Of a stretch of DNA of 64,000 nt, positions 1 through 9,069 are shown piece by piece. Numbering within the stretch: the first letter of the stretch is position 1; each line of letters begins with the position of its first letter. Under the pieces are notes generated by a model that made no database searches, was not told the DNA's origin, and saw only the letters and a program-made list of their open reading frames with translations. Origin of the DNA: an uncultured Parabacteroides sp. (GTDB lineage Bacteria > Bacteroidota > Bacteroidia > Bacteroidales > UBA7332). The stretch is from the NCBI GenBank assembly GCA_964534355.1, contig CAZHNZ010000001.1:28059-92058 (forward strand), in the 5' to 3' direction. A program made the position numbers and the translations under genes.

Positions 1-118
1 ATCCGCCCGTGTTGGCAATCGCTGTGTAAACTTCGTATCCTTTTTCCTGAGCCAGATACATGGCGCAAAATGAGGTGTCGAGACCTCCGCTGAATGCTAA
101 AACTACTTTTTCTTTCAT
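1..118 (-). CDS. argG: Argininosuccinate synthase, N-terminal part (runs off the window)
   Basis: Manual translation [39 protein letters not shown] carries the AxSGGLDTS PP-loop; lies downstream of argR and the GNAT gene. Confidence 0.93.
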   Translation of the reverse strand, partial: MKEKVVLAFSGGLDTSFCAMYLAQEKGYEVYTAIANTGG

Positions 119-127
119 TATTTAATT

Positions 128-155
128 AGTTACGAGTTACAAGTTACGGGTTACT
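128..155. repeat. Heptamer tandem repeat, 4 copies
   Basis: agttacg agttaca agttacg ggttact between the GNAT stop and the argG start. Confidence 0.75.
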
Positions 156-159
156 TTAC

Positions 160-747
160 TTATTCTATCACAATATCATCGGCTACTCCGTCGAGGATAT
201 CCTTTTTGCCCTGATCATTCGGGTCGAATATCAGGCCGGTGCACATGCAGAAACGTCGGTTGGCCCGTTGCAGAATATCGAAGTTGACACACGTTTCGCA
301 ACCTTTCCAGAATGCGTCATCGTCAGTCAGTTCTGAGTAAGGGACAGGTTTGTACCCCAGCTCGGTGTTGATTTTCATCACGGCGAGGCCTGTGGTCAAT
401 CCAAATATTTTCGCGTTCGGGTAGCGTTCGCGGCTCAGGTCGAAAGCGCGCTTTTTAATTGCTTTGGCCAATCCTTTTCCGCGAAAAGCATCTGCCACTA
501 TTAAACCTGAGTTGGCTACAAATTGCTTGTTGCCCCATGTCTCGATGTAGCAGAATCCGGCAAATAGATCGCCCGCCAGAGCGATAATGGCTTTGCCTTC
601 TCTCATTTTTTGTTCTACATATTCGGTAGAGCGACGGGCAATACCTGTGCCGCGCACCTTGGCGGCTCTCTCTATGGTGTCCAAAATGGTTTGTACATAC
701 GGTATATGTGCCTCGCTGGCCACCAATACTTTAATTTTTTCTGTCAT
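160..747 (-). CDS. GNAT N-acetyltransferase, probable Bacteroidetes-type amino-acid N-acyltransferase of the arg operon
   Basis: FRGKGLAK acetyl-CoA binding motif; C-terminal CxxC...CxC; located between argR and argG. Confidence 0.8.
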   Translation of the reverse strand: MTEKIKVLVASEAHIPYVQTILDTIERAAKVRGTGIARRSTEYVEQKMREGKAIIALAGDLFAGFCYIETWGNKQFVANSGLIVADAFRGKGLAKAIKKRAFDLSRERYPNAKIFGLTTGLAVMKINTELGYKPVPYSELTDDDAFWKGCETCVNFDILQRANRRFCMCTGLIFDPNDQGKKDILDGVADDIVIE

Positions 748-771
748 CAATTGTATGAATGCGTTTTGTTT

Positions 772-1248
772 TTACTTGTTATCAATTTGAATAAAATTCG
801 CCAATGCTTCTACGATTGCTTTTCGCTCAACACCTTCTCGTGGTATCAGTAGCACGGTGTCGTCGCCGGCAATGGTGCCCAATATCACATCCGACGCCTG
901 TGAGTCTATCTCGGACGCTATTGCGCCGGCATGTCCCGGTTTGGTTTTCAATACTGCCAATTGGCCCGAAAACTCAACACTGTTGCGCACCGTAAGTGTG
1001 GCTTTGCTCTCTGCTTCTGCCTTTTGGCTAATGGCGGCTCCCAATGATGATTCGAACATAAAAACATACTGTCCCTGTGCATTGGGGACTTTTACCACCC
1101 GCAGCTCTTTCAGATCGCGCGAGAGTGTGGCTTGGGTTACCTTGTATCGCTCGTCTTCAAGTTTCGATATCAACTCTTCCTGACTGCTAATCTGAAAGCG
1201 CGATATCAACATCCGGATGGTTTGTAAACGTGATGTTTTTTGTTTCAT
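772..1248 (-). CDS. argR: Arginine repressor
   Basis: SQEEL, TQATLSRDL and GTIAGDDT motifs; ATG at 1248 preferred over the TTG in the ORF track. Confidence 0.95.
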   Translation of the reverse strand: MKQKTSRLQTIRMLISRFQISSQEELISKLEDERYKVTQATLSRDLKELRVVKVPNAQGQYVFMFESSLGAAISQKAEAESKATLTVRNSVEFSGQLAVLKTKPGHAGAIASEIDSQASDVILGTIAGDDTVLLIPREGVERKAIVEALANFIQIDNK

Positions 1249-1251
1249 TAT

Positions 1252-1296
1252 TGCATAAATATTCAATTCGGGTGCAAAAATATGAATTTTTATTCA
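1252..1296. promoter_or_regulatory. Two ARG boxes flanking the argR -7 promoter element
   Basis: TGCAT-AAAT-ATTCA (1252-1265) and TGAAT-TTTT-ATTCA (1283-1296) fit TGnAT-wwww-ATnCA; minus-strand TATTTTTG at 1275-1282 lies between them. Confidence 0.8.
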
Positions 1297-1385
1297 ATAT
1301 CGTATTTTTATTGTGTGTTTAATTTGAAAAAAAGTAATTTTGTCCTTTATTTCAGGCAAATAATAATCAAACTACCCCGAAAAAG

Positions 1386-1982
1386 ATGCTACAACCTTAT
1401 TTAGAAGTCAACCGGATTGAGGCCGGATGTGACGAAGCCGGTCGCGGATGTCTGTCCGGTGCGGTATTTGCTGCCGCCGTTATTTTGCCTTCGGGATTCC
1501 GGTGCGAAGAGCTGAACGACTCGAAGAAACTGAGCGAAAAGCAAAGGTACAGGTTGCGGGAAATAATCGAAATAGAAGCTGAGTCGTGGGCTGTCGGTAT
1601 TGTGTCGCCGGCCGAAATTGACGAAATCAATATCCTGAATGCCTCCTTTTTGGCCATGCATCGCGCCATCGACCAGTTGCAGGTGAAGCCCGATCATCTG
1701 TTGATTGATGGCAATCGGTTCAATCGTCATCCTCAATATTCGCACACCTGCATCATCAAAGGCGATAGCAAAATGCTTTCGATTGCCGCAGCCTCGGTGT
1801 TGGCCAAAACTTACCGCGACGACTATATGTTGAAGCTTCACAATGAGTATCCCGACTACAATTGGCAAAAAAACAAAGGATATCCCACAGCAGAACATCG
1901 CCGGGCGATACAAAAATACGGCGTCACCCCGTACCACCGAATCACATTTCAGCTTCTCGATAAGCAGCTCTCTCTGTTTTGA
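1386..1982 (+). CDS. rnhB: Ribonuclease HII
   Basis: [28 protein letters not shown] and KGYPT motifs. Confidence 0.96.
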   Translation: MLQPYLEVNRIEAGCDEAGRGCLSGAVFAAAVILPSGFRCEELNDSKKLSEKQRYRLREIIEIEAESWAVGIVSPAEIDEINILNASFLAMHRAIDQLQVKPDHLLIDGNRFNRHPQYSHTCIIKGDSKMLSIAAASVLAKTYRDDYMLKLHNEYPDYNWQKNKGYPTAEHRRAIQKYGVTPYHRITFQLLDKQLSLF

Positions 1983-2348
1983 TTGTTACTCCTGATTTTT
2001 ACTTTTATTTACATTAGAATGAAAAAATAGACGTTTGCAAAAACGCTCCTTTGCTCTGTTGTAAATGGCATCACAAACAGCCGCCAGGTCTGTTATTACA
2101 CAGATAGCGAATTTATTGCGCACATTTATTCAGAGTGCGCAATAATTTTAAGGTGCTTCAAATAAATTAAAATTATTCGAAAAAAAGTGTTCTGTTTAGT
2201 CGGAAACTGCCAAAAAAAATTGGTAATATTGCACCCAAATTGAACGGGTCTCTCCTAAATATTTACATCACTATCGTGATTTGTTAAATATTATTTCGTT
2301 AGGGGATAGATAAACAGAATATTCAATCATTAAATAAACAGATATTAT

Positions 2349-2750
2349 ATGGAATTACTCATCATCACACTTGAAATGATGGCACTTACATTTATTATTG
2401 GCTTCGTCGTTGCCGGCGTGATAAAGCTGATTGCCCGAAGTGCCGATTCACTGGAGCTCTACTCCACCAAGAAGGTTCAGATGCAGCGTTTGGCCCGACT
2501 CAAAAGACAACGGGAACGTACGATGAAGGATTTGATTGCGAAAATCGAGTCGATGGACAAAGTCGAGATTGTCAACCACTACTATTCAGAAGGTCAGGGT
2601 TCTTCCGATTTCGATTTGATGGATTATTACTATCCGCGCACAGCCCGGTTGAGGAAGGGAATCAAGCATAAGTTAGACCTTGGCGAAAATGAGACACCCG
2701 CAATGAAAGCCAAAGAAATTTTGAAAGAAACTAAAAAAAATAAGCATTAA
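2349..2750 (+). CDS. Small protein with one N-terminal transmembrane helix, possible gamma/delta-like partner of the decarboxylase beta subunit
   Basis: Hydrophobic first ~30 aa then a charged tail; ends 2 bp before the beta-subunit start; A-rich leader. Confidence 0.7.
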   Translation: MELLIITLEMMALTFIIGFVVAGVIKLIARSADSLELYSTKKVQMQRLARLKRQRERTMKDLIAKIESMDKVEIVNHYYSEGQGSSDFDLMDYYYPRTARLRKGIKHKLDLGENETPAMKAKEILKETKKNKH

Positions 2751-2752
2751 CA

Positions 2753-3967
2753 ATGGAACATATTGACTTTTTTACCCTTTTTCAAGGATTTGGCACAATG
2801 GCAGCCGGTGGCTGGGTGTTGGGCCTGACGCGTGTCGCGCTCATTTTACTTGGTTTTTTATTGGTTTATCTGGGTTGGAAAGGCGTACTCGAGCCTATGG
2901 TTATGATTCCGATGGGTATCGGGATGGTGGCTATCAATTGCGGTACGCTGATGATGCCCGGTGGCGGTTTGGGAAATCTTTTTCTAGATCCGATGCTTTC
3001 GGATACCGATGATTTGATGAATGTGATGCAGATAGACTTTTTGCAGCCTGTCTATACGCTTACATTTAGTAATGGTCTGATTGCCTGTTTCGTATTTATG
3101 GGTATTGGCGTGTTGCTCGATGTGGGTTTTTTGCTTCAAAAACCTTTTACCAGTATGTTTCTGGCGCTTTGTGCCGAGCTGGGTACTTTTCTTACTGTGC
3201 CTATCGCGCACGCATTTGGTCTGACAATTAAAGAGAGTGCATCTATTGCAATGGTGGGTGGTGCAGATGGACCTATGGTGCTTTTCACGTCTCTGGCTTT
3301 GGCCAAGGATTTGTTTGTGCCTATTACGGTGGTTGCTTACCTTTATTTGGGTTTAACCTATGGTGGCTATCCTTATCTGGTAAAATTGCTTGTGCCTAAA
3401 AAATTGCGGGCCATTAAAATGGTGAAAAAAGAGGCTCCAAAGAATTACGATGCTAAGGTGAAACTGGCTTTCGCGGTTATCCTTTGCGCGGTACTATGCT
3501 TTCTCTTTCCGGTGGCTGCGCCGCTTTTCTTCTCGCTCTTTTTGGGCGTTGCGGTGCGTGAGTCGGGTATGAAATATGTGTACGATTTTGTAAACGGTCC
3601 GCTTTTGTATGGTTCCACTTTTATGTTGGGGCTTTTACTCGGGGTATTGTGTGACGCGAAATTGTTGATTGATCCCCGGATTTTAAAGCTGCTTGTATTG
3701 GGTATCACTGCACTTTTGCTTTCGGGTATAGGCGGTATCATGGGGGGTTACATCATGTACTTTATCAAAAAAGGAAACTTCAATCCGGTTATCGGTATTG
3801 CCGGGGTGAGTTGTGTGCCTACAACGGCCAAGGTGGCTCAGAAGATTGTGAGTAAAGACAATCCGGAATCGATGATTTTGGGCGATGCGATTGGCGCCAA
3901 TATTTCGGGCGTTATTACCACGGCAATTATCACCGGTTTATACATCACGTTGTTTGCCAATATGTAG
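2753..3967 (+). CDS. Na+-translocating carboxybiotin decarboxylase beta subunit (OadB/MmdB family, MadB-like subtype)
   Basis: LEPMVMIPMG, GGADGP, IGIAGVSCVPTTAK and GANISG motifs; very hydrophobic, 404 aa. Confidence 0.92.
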   Translation: MEHIDFFTLFQGFGTMAAGGWVLGLTRVALILLGFLLVYLGWKGVLEPMVMIPMGIGMVAINCGTLMMPGGGLGNLFLDPMLSDTDDLMNVMQIDFLQPVYTLTFSNGLIACFVFMGIGVLLDVGFLLQKPFTSMFLALCAELGTFLTVPIAHAFGLTIKESASIAMVGGADGPMVLFTSLALAKDLFVPITVVAYLYLGLTYGGYPYLVKLLVPKKLRAIKMVKKEAPKNYDAKVKLAFAVILCAVLCFLFPVAAPLFFSLFLGVAVRESGMKYVYDFVNGPLLYGSTFMLGLLLGVLCDAKLLIDPRILKLLVLGITALLLSGIGGIMGGYIMYFIKKGNFNPVIGIAGVSCVPTTAKVAQKIVSKDNPESMILGDAIGANISGVITTAIITGLYITLFANM

Positions 3968-3992
3968 ATTATTATTGTAAATTAGATACAAC

Positions 3993-4056
3993 AAAGCGCA
4001 AATTCGTGCGGTAGAGCTTCTGCTCAATAACCGCCGGATTTGCGCTTTTTGTTTTT
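3993..4056. terminator. Long, probably bidirectional terminator hairpin between the convergent beta-subunit gene and dnaG
   Basis: aaagcgcaaattcg/cggatttgcgcttt outer stem, inner gcggt/accgc and gagc/gctc stems, followed by a T tract. Confidence 0.75.
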
Positions 4057-4076
4057 GGGGAATGCGAAAAAATGTT

Positions 4077-6101
4077 CTATCGCATAATGATAATTCTATC
4101 GCCCAACACCTTAGCCAGTTTGGTGCGAACCGAATTCAGAAACAACAGCCGTTGTTGCGTTGCAGAGATATCTTCTGTCGATGTGGCATGCCTCAATGAG
4201 TTATTCAGTTGTGCAATTTCCTGTTTCAACAGAGCATCTTTCAGGCTGATAATGGCGCGGGTCACCAAATCGGGCAGGCGTTCTGTCTCAGTTTCAAGAT
4301 TTTGGAATTTCGAGTGAATCTTACTCAGTTGATATCGCTCTACACTCATCTCTACGGCAAATCGGCTCACTTCCTGATTGGGGTGTTGCGTGAAATATTT
4401 TTCGCTCTTGAAGTCCGGTGTATGTACCCGTTGCACGCATTCGCTCAGAAATGTGGCATAGACCGGGTGAGATAGCTCAATGCCATCCATCGTCAGTTCA
4501 TTCTGAATGTAGTCGCACACAAAACTCTCAGTTAGTTCGGGCGGTTCGTTGTTGTCGTACGAATATATCTTGTGATTACCATACTTAAGTATCAGCAGAG
4601 CAATCTCTTGCTCGAAATAATCGAGATCTGTATTGCGAACCGCTTTGGCCGGTGTGGGTGGCAATGTGACATTATCCACTTCGTCGTTGAAGAAGTCGGG
4701 TGGGGGGGCATCCGAATAATCGGGTGTCGCCTGAGTCTGACTTGTTGGTTCTTGCGTTGCGCCCGTGGGCTGAGTTTTAGCAAATTCCCGTTCCAGCTCT
4801 GTCAGATTAATTTTGTTGATCTGATTAATCAACAATTTCTCGTCCACTTCCAGCAGTTGACTGCACTCTTTGGTATAGACCGATTTGATGATTTCGTGCG
4901 GAATCAGAGCAATACTCTTCACTATGTCCGAAATCAACTCGGCCCGCTTAATCGGGTCGCGTCCGGCCTCTTTTAGTAGCAGTCCTGTTTTGAAACGAAT
5001 AAAATCGACTTCGTTACTCTGTATATAGTCTATAAATTCGGATGCGCTGCGGCTTTTCGAGAATGAGTCGGGGTCTTCGCCATTGGGAAGAAGCACCACT
5101 TTTATGTTCATTCCCTCTTTCAATAATAGGTCGATACCACGTATTGAGGCTTTTATTCCTGCAGCATCACCATCGTATATCACCGTAATATTGGGTGTGA
5201 AGCGGTGAATCATCCGTATTTGGCCGGGCGTGAGTGCCGTTCCCGACGATGCCACCACATTTTCTATGCCGGCCTGATGCATGGCCAACACATCGGTATA
5301 GCCTTCTACCAGAAAGCACCGGTCGTGTTTCACCACAGCCTGTTTGGCAAAATAGATGCCATACAGCTCGTTGCTTTTGTGGTAAATAGCCGATTCCGGC
5401 GAGTTGAAGTATTTGGCTGTCTTTTCGTCTTTTTTCAGAATCCGACCACCGAATGCCACTACCTTGCCCGAAAGGGTGTGCACCGGAAACATCACCCGCC
5501 CGCGAAACCGGTCGGTGAGCCGTTGAGAATCACTTTCGATGCAAAGCCCTGTTTTTACCAGAAATTCGCGCTTGTAGCTGTTTCTTTGTGCATCCTGCGC
5601 CAATGCATCCCGCAACTCGGGCGAATAGCCCAGCTGAAACTTTTTGATCACATCGTCGCGAAATCCGCGTTCCCTGAAATAGGCCAGACCCACAGCTATT
5701 CCCTCGGGGTGATTGTATAGTGTATTCGAAAAAAACTGCTGAGCATATCCGTTGAGTATAAACATACTTTCGCGGTCGCTCTGAGCCTGTTTTTGCTCAT
5801 TGCTCAGCTCTTTTTCTACGAATTCGATGTTGTATTTCTTAGCCAGATATTTGAGCGCCTCGTAGAAGGTGAGCTGCTCGTGTTCCATGATGAAGTGCAC
5901 AGAATTTCCGCCTTTGCCACAACTGAAACATTTGCAAATACCCTTCGATGGCGATACACTGAATGAGGGGGTTTTCTCATCGTGAAAAGGGCAAAGCCCG
6001 GTGTAGTTTACGCCTCGTTTGCGCAAACTCACAAAGTCAGATACCACATCCACTATCTGTGCGGCATCCATTATCCGGTCTATCGTTCCCTGATCTATCA
6101 A
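4077..6101 (-). CDS. dnaG: DNA primase
   Basis: CPFH...CFSC zinc finger, KYFNSPE, VEGYTDV and YDGDAAG TOPRIM motifs; TTG start; -7 element TAACTTTG at 6139-6146 (minus). Confidence 0.97.
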   Translation of the reverse strand: MIDQGTIDRIMDAAQIVDVVSDFVSLRKRGVNYTGLCPFHDEKTPSFSVSPSKGICKCFSCGKGGNSVHFIMEHEQLTFYEALKYLAKKYNIEFVEKELSNEQKQAQSDRESMFILNGYAQQFFSNTLYNHPEGIAVGLAYFRERGFRDDVIKKFQLGYSPELRDALAQDAQRNSYKREFLVKTGLCIESDSQRLTDRFRGRVMFPVHTLSGKVVAFGGRILKKDEKTAKYFNSPESAIYHKSNELYGIYFAKQAVVKHDRCFLVEGYTDVLAMHQAGIENVVASSGTALTPGQIRMIHRFTPNITVIYDGDAAGIKASIRGIDLLLKEGMNIKVVLLPNGEDPDSFSKSRSASEFIDYIQSNEVDFIRFKTGLLLKEAGRDPIKRAELISDIVKSIALIPHEIIKSVYTKECSQLLEVDEKLLINQINKINLTELEREFAKTQPTGATQEPTSQTQATPDYSDAPPPDFFNDEVDNVTLPPTPAKAVRNTDLDYFEQEIALLILKYGNHKIYSYDNNEPPELTESFVCDYIQNELTMDGIELSHPVYATFLSECVQRVHTPDFKSEKYFTQHPNQEVSRFAVEMSVERYQLSKIHSKFQNLETETERLPDLVTRAIISLKDALLKQEIAQLNNSLRHATSTEDISATQQRLLFLNSVRTKLAKVLGDRIIIMR

Positions 6102-6198
6102 TTTAGTAAGTTGTTATTTTTTTTGGTCGAAACAGCCACAAAGTTAGTGTAAATTTAAGAATTCATACCCAACAAAATTGTTAATATTCCCCACCCCG

Positions 6199-6267
6199 GT
6201 AGAGACGGGACGTGCCCCGTCTCAATAAGAAAGCGCGCCCCGTCCTTTCAGACAAAGCGCGCCCCGT
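6199..6267. repeat. GTAG-type REP-like palindrome followed by two degenerate direct copies
   Basis: gtagagacggg-acgtgc-cccgtctc (6199-6223); aaagcgcgccccgt at 6230-6243 and 6254-6267. Confidence 0.6.
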
Positions 6268-6286
6268 TATTATTTCGAAAAATGAA

Positions 6287-7507
6287 TTATGCGTCCAGAT
6301 ATGAATCTTTAAATCCAAGGAAATACAAAATTCCGTCGATGCCAATAGTCGAGAGCGACTGTTTCGCATTTTCTTTCACTTTGGGTTTGGCATGAAAGGC
6401 AATTCCCAGACCGGCAATACCCAGCATTGGAAGGTCATTCGCCCCGTCGCCCACGGCAATGGTTTGTGCAATATCCACCTTTTCTACCTGTGCAATCAGG
6501 CGCAGCAATTCTGCTTTGCGCTTGCCGTCCACTATTTCGCCCAGATAGTTTCCGGTCAGTTTGCCATCCACTATTTCCAGCTCATTGGCATATACATAGT
6601 CGAGGTTGTATTTCTGTTTCAGGTAATTCCCGAAATAGTTGAATCCCCCCGACAATATTGCAATCTTAATACCCGTCCGTTTCAGCACGCGCATCAGTCT
6701 GTCCAGCCCCTCTGTTATGGGCAAGCTCTCTGCTATTTCGCGCATCACCGATTCGTCCAGTCCTTTCAGTAGTTTCACCCGTTGCGTAAAGCTGTCTATG
6801 AAGTCAATCTCACCCCGCATGGCCGATTCTGTAATCGCGCGCACCTCTTCGCCCACACCGTTGCGGTCGGCCAGCTCATCTATTACCTCGGTCTCTATCA
6901 GTGTAGAGTCCATATCGAAGCAAATCAACCGGCGGTTGCGGCGGTACATATCGTCCTGCTGAAACGAAATATCAAATTCCAGCCGGCTACACATTTCCAT
7001 AAACCGTTTTTGAAGTTCCTGACGGTCGGTCGGTGTTCCCCGCACAGACATCTCTACGCACGATTTCGACGAACGGGCATTTTCTTCGAGAGGAATACGG
7101 CCGGTCAGTCGTTGTATCATATCGATGTTCATTCCCTGTTCGGCAATCAGGCTTGTCACTTCGGCTATCTGCTCGGCTGTCAGTTTGCGCCCCAAAAGCG
7201 TTACTATATAGCGATTCTTGCCTTGCAGGTTCACCCACGTCTCGTAGCGTTCTTCCGAAATGGGGGTAAACTTAATGCCCACGCCCAGTTCATACGACTT
7301 CATCAACAATTCTTTCAGTATTTCGCCGGACTTGCTGCTGTCTGTTTTGTACAATATACCCAGCGAAAGTGTATTGTGAATGTCGGCCTGCCCGATATCC
7401 AGAATAAACGCCCCGTAATGGGCCAAAATGGCAGTTAGTGAGGATGTTACACCCGGCTTGTCTTCGCCGGAAATGTTGATAAGTACGATTTCGTTTTTTG
7501 ACTTCAT
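6287..7507 (-). CDS. serB: Phosphoserine phosphatase with two ACT domains
   Basis: GEDKPG ACT start; HAD motifs FDMDSTLI, SGGF and GDGANDL. Confidence 0.96.
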   Translation of the reverse strand: MKSKNEIVLINISGEDKPGVTSSLTAILAHYGAFILDIGQADIHNTLSLGILYKTDSSKSGEILKELLMKSYELGVGIKFTPISEERYETWVNLQGKNRYIVTLLGRKLTAEQIAEVTSLIAEQGMNIDMIQRLTGRIPLEENARSSKSCVEMSVRGTPTDRQELQKRFMEMCSRLEFDISFQQDDMYRRNRRLICFDMDSTLIETEVIDELADRNGVGEEVRAITESAMRGEIDFIDSFTQRVKLLKGLDESVMREIAESLPITEGLDRLMRVLKRTGIKIAILSGGFNYFGNYLKQKYNLDYVYANELEIVDGKLTGNYLGEIVDGKRKAELLRLIAQVEKVDIAQTIAVGDGANDLPMLGIAGLGIAFHAKPKVKENAKQSLSTIGIDGILYFLGFKDSYLDA

Positions 7508-7749
7508 AATCTCTCGTTATAGTTGTGTTGGTCTGTTACTCTGTCGATTGTTCTTTCTTAATCTTTTTTGCGTCACAGCCTTTCGGGCTGCAAAAGTAAA
7601 TCAAATTCAGATACAAACCTTTATTTTTGCCCGATTTATCGCCTTTCAGGCAAAAAAATGGCCTCAGGTCCTTCGTATTAAATGCAGGAAATTTACTACC
7701 TTTGCCGTCGAAAAATCAGAAAATTCATATTTTATTAAAACATACTATT

Positions 7750-9006
7750 ATGCAAACAATCGATCAATTCAACTTTGCCGGCAAAAAGGCAATCGTTCGT
7801 GTAGATTTCAATGTGCCCATCAACAAAGAGACCGGCGCTGTAAGTGATGATACCCGTATTCGCGGTGCATTGCCTACCATCAAAAAGATTTTGGCCGATG
7901 GCGGTTCGGTTATCCTTATGTCTCACATGGGTCGCCCCAAACAAAATCCCGATCCCAAGTTTACACTCAAACAAATCGTTTCTGCCGTTGAAGCTCACTT
8001 AGGACTCACCATCCAGTTTGCCGAAGACTGCGCAAAAGCAGGCGATCAGGCAGCTGCCCTCAAACCGGGCGAAGTATTGTTGCTCGAAAACCTCCGTTTC
8101 TACGAAGAAGAAGAGGGAAAACCACGTGGCGAATTCGCTTCTGACGACGACAAAGCTGCTGCCAAAAAAGCATTGAAAGAAAAACAAAAAGAGTTTGCCA
8201 AAACTCTCGCATCTTATGCCGATGTTTATGTAAACGACGCATTCGGTACTGCTCACCGCGCACACGGTTCTACCGCTGTTATCGCAGACTACTTCACTGC
8301 CGAAAACAAAATGTTCGGATACCTCATCAACAGCGAGCTTATCGCTATGGACAAAGTGTTGAAAGAGGCTCAGGCCCCATTCACCGCTATCATGGGTGGT
8401 GCTAAGGTATCAGACAAAATCATGATCATCGAAAACCTTCTCGACCGCGTTCAAAACCTCATCATCGGTGGTGGTATGACATATACCTTCATCAAAGCTC
8501 AGGGCGGCGAAATAGGCAACTCACTTTGCGAAGCCGACAAATTGGATCTCGCACTCGAAATTCTCGAAAAAGCAAAAGCAAAAGGCGTTAATGTGTACAT
8601 CCCTACCGATGCTATCAATGCAGATAAATTCGCAGCCGATGCAAATACAAATTCATCTAAAACCAATCAGACACCCGAAGGATGGATGGGCCTTGATATC
8701 GCTGACGAAACCATCGCTACTTTCAGCGACGTAATCGCCAACTCAAAAACCGTTCTTTGGAATGGCCCTATGGGTGTTTTCGAAATGGAAAAATTCGCCA
8801 AAGGAACTACCGCTATTGCTCACGCAGTAGCCACAGCTACCTCTAATGGCGCATTCTCACTCATCGGTGGTGGCGACTCAGTAGCAGCCATCAACAAAAA
8901 CCAGCTTGCCGACAAAGTTAGCTACGTTTCTACCGGTGGTGGTGCCATGCTCGAGTACATGGAAGGCAAAGTTCTTCCCGGCATCAAAGCCATCCGTGGA
9001 TTCTAA
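7750..9006 (+). CDS. pgk: Phosphoglycerate kinase
   Basis: [27 protein letters not shown] and STGGGA motifs; start at MQTIDQ. Confidence 0.98.
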   Translation: MQTIDQFNFAGKKAIVRVDFNVPINKETGAVSDDTRIRGALPTIKKILADGGSVILMSHMGRPKQNPDPKFTLKQIVSAVEAHLGLTIQFAEDCAKAGDQAAALKPGEVLLLENLRFYEEEEGKPRGEFASDDDKAAAKKALKEKQKEFAKTLASYADVYVNDAFGTAHRAHGSTAVIADYFTAENKMFGYLINSELIAMDKVLKEAQAPFTAIMGGAKVSDKIMIIENLLDRVQNLIIGGGMTYTFIKAQGGEIGNSLCEADKLDLALEILEKAKAKGVNVYIPTDAINADKFAADANTNSSKTNQTPEGWMGLDIADETIATFSDVIANSKTVLWNGPMGVFEMEKFAKGTTAIAHAVATATSNGAFSLIGGGDSVAAINKNQLADKVSYVSTGGGAMLEYMEGKVLPGIKAIRGF

Positions 9007-9026
9007 TCCATCCCCGGCATACATAC

Positions 9027-9066
9027 AAAAAGGTCGTTCGACACATTGTCGGACGACCTTTTTTTT
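9027..9066. terminator. Bidirectional intrinsic terminator
   Basis: aaaaaggtcgttcgaca-cat-tgtcggacgaccttttt with A and T tracts, between convergent genes. Confidence 0.88.
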
Positions 9067-9069
9067 GTA

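Noticed and set aside
6199..6267. Mini-CRISPR interpretation of the short direct repeats
   Set aside because: 14-bp repeats with a 10-bp spacer are too short and too few, and no cas genes are present.
7627..7749. N-terminal extensions in the ORF track for pgk (also argR, rpsG, rpsJ, gap, GH2, the 9070 gene and the 35716 gene)
   Set aside because: The extensions run through promoter or leader DNA; downstream ATGs match family N-termini or signal peptides.
8107..8195. Charged insertion in Pgk ([24 protein letters not shown])
   Set aside because: From recall, this is a common Bacteroidales Pgk feature.
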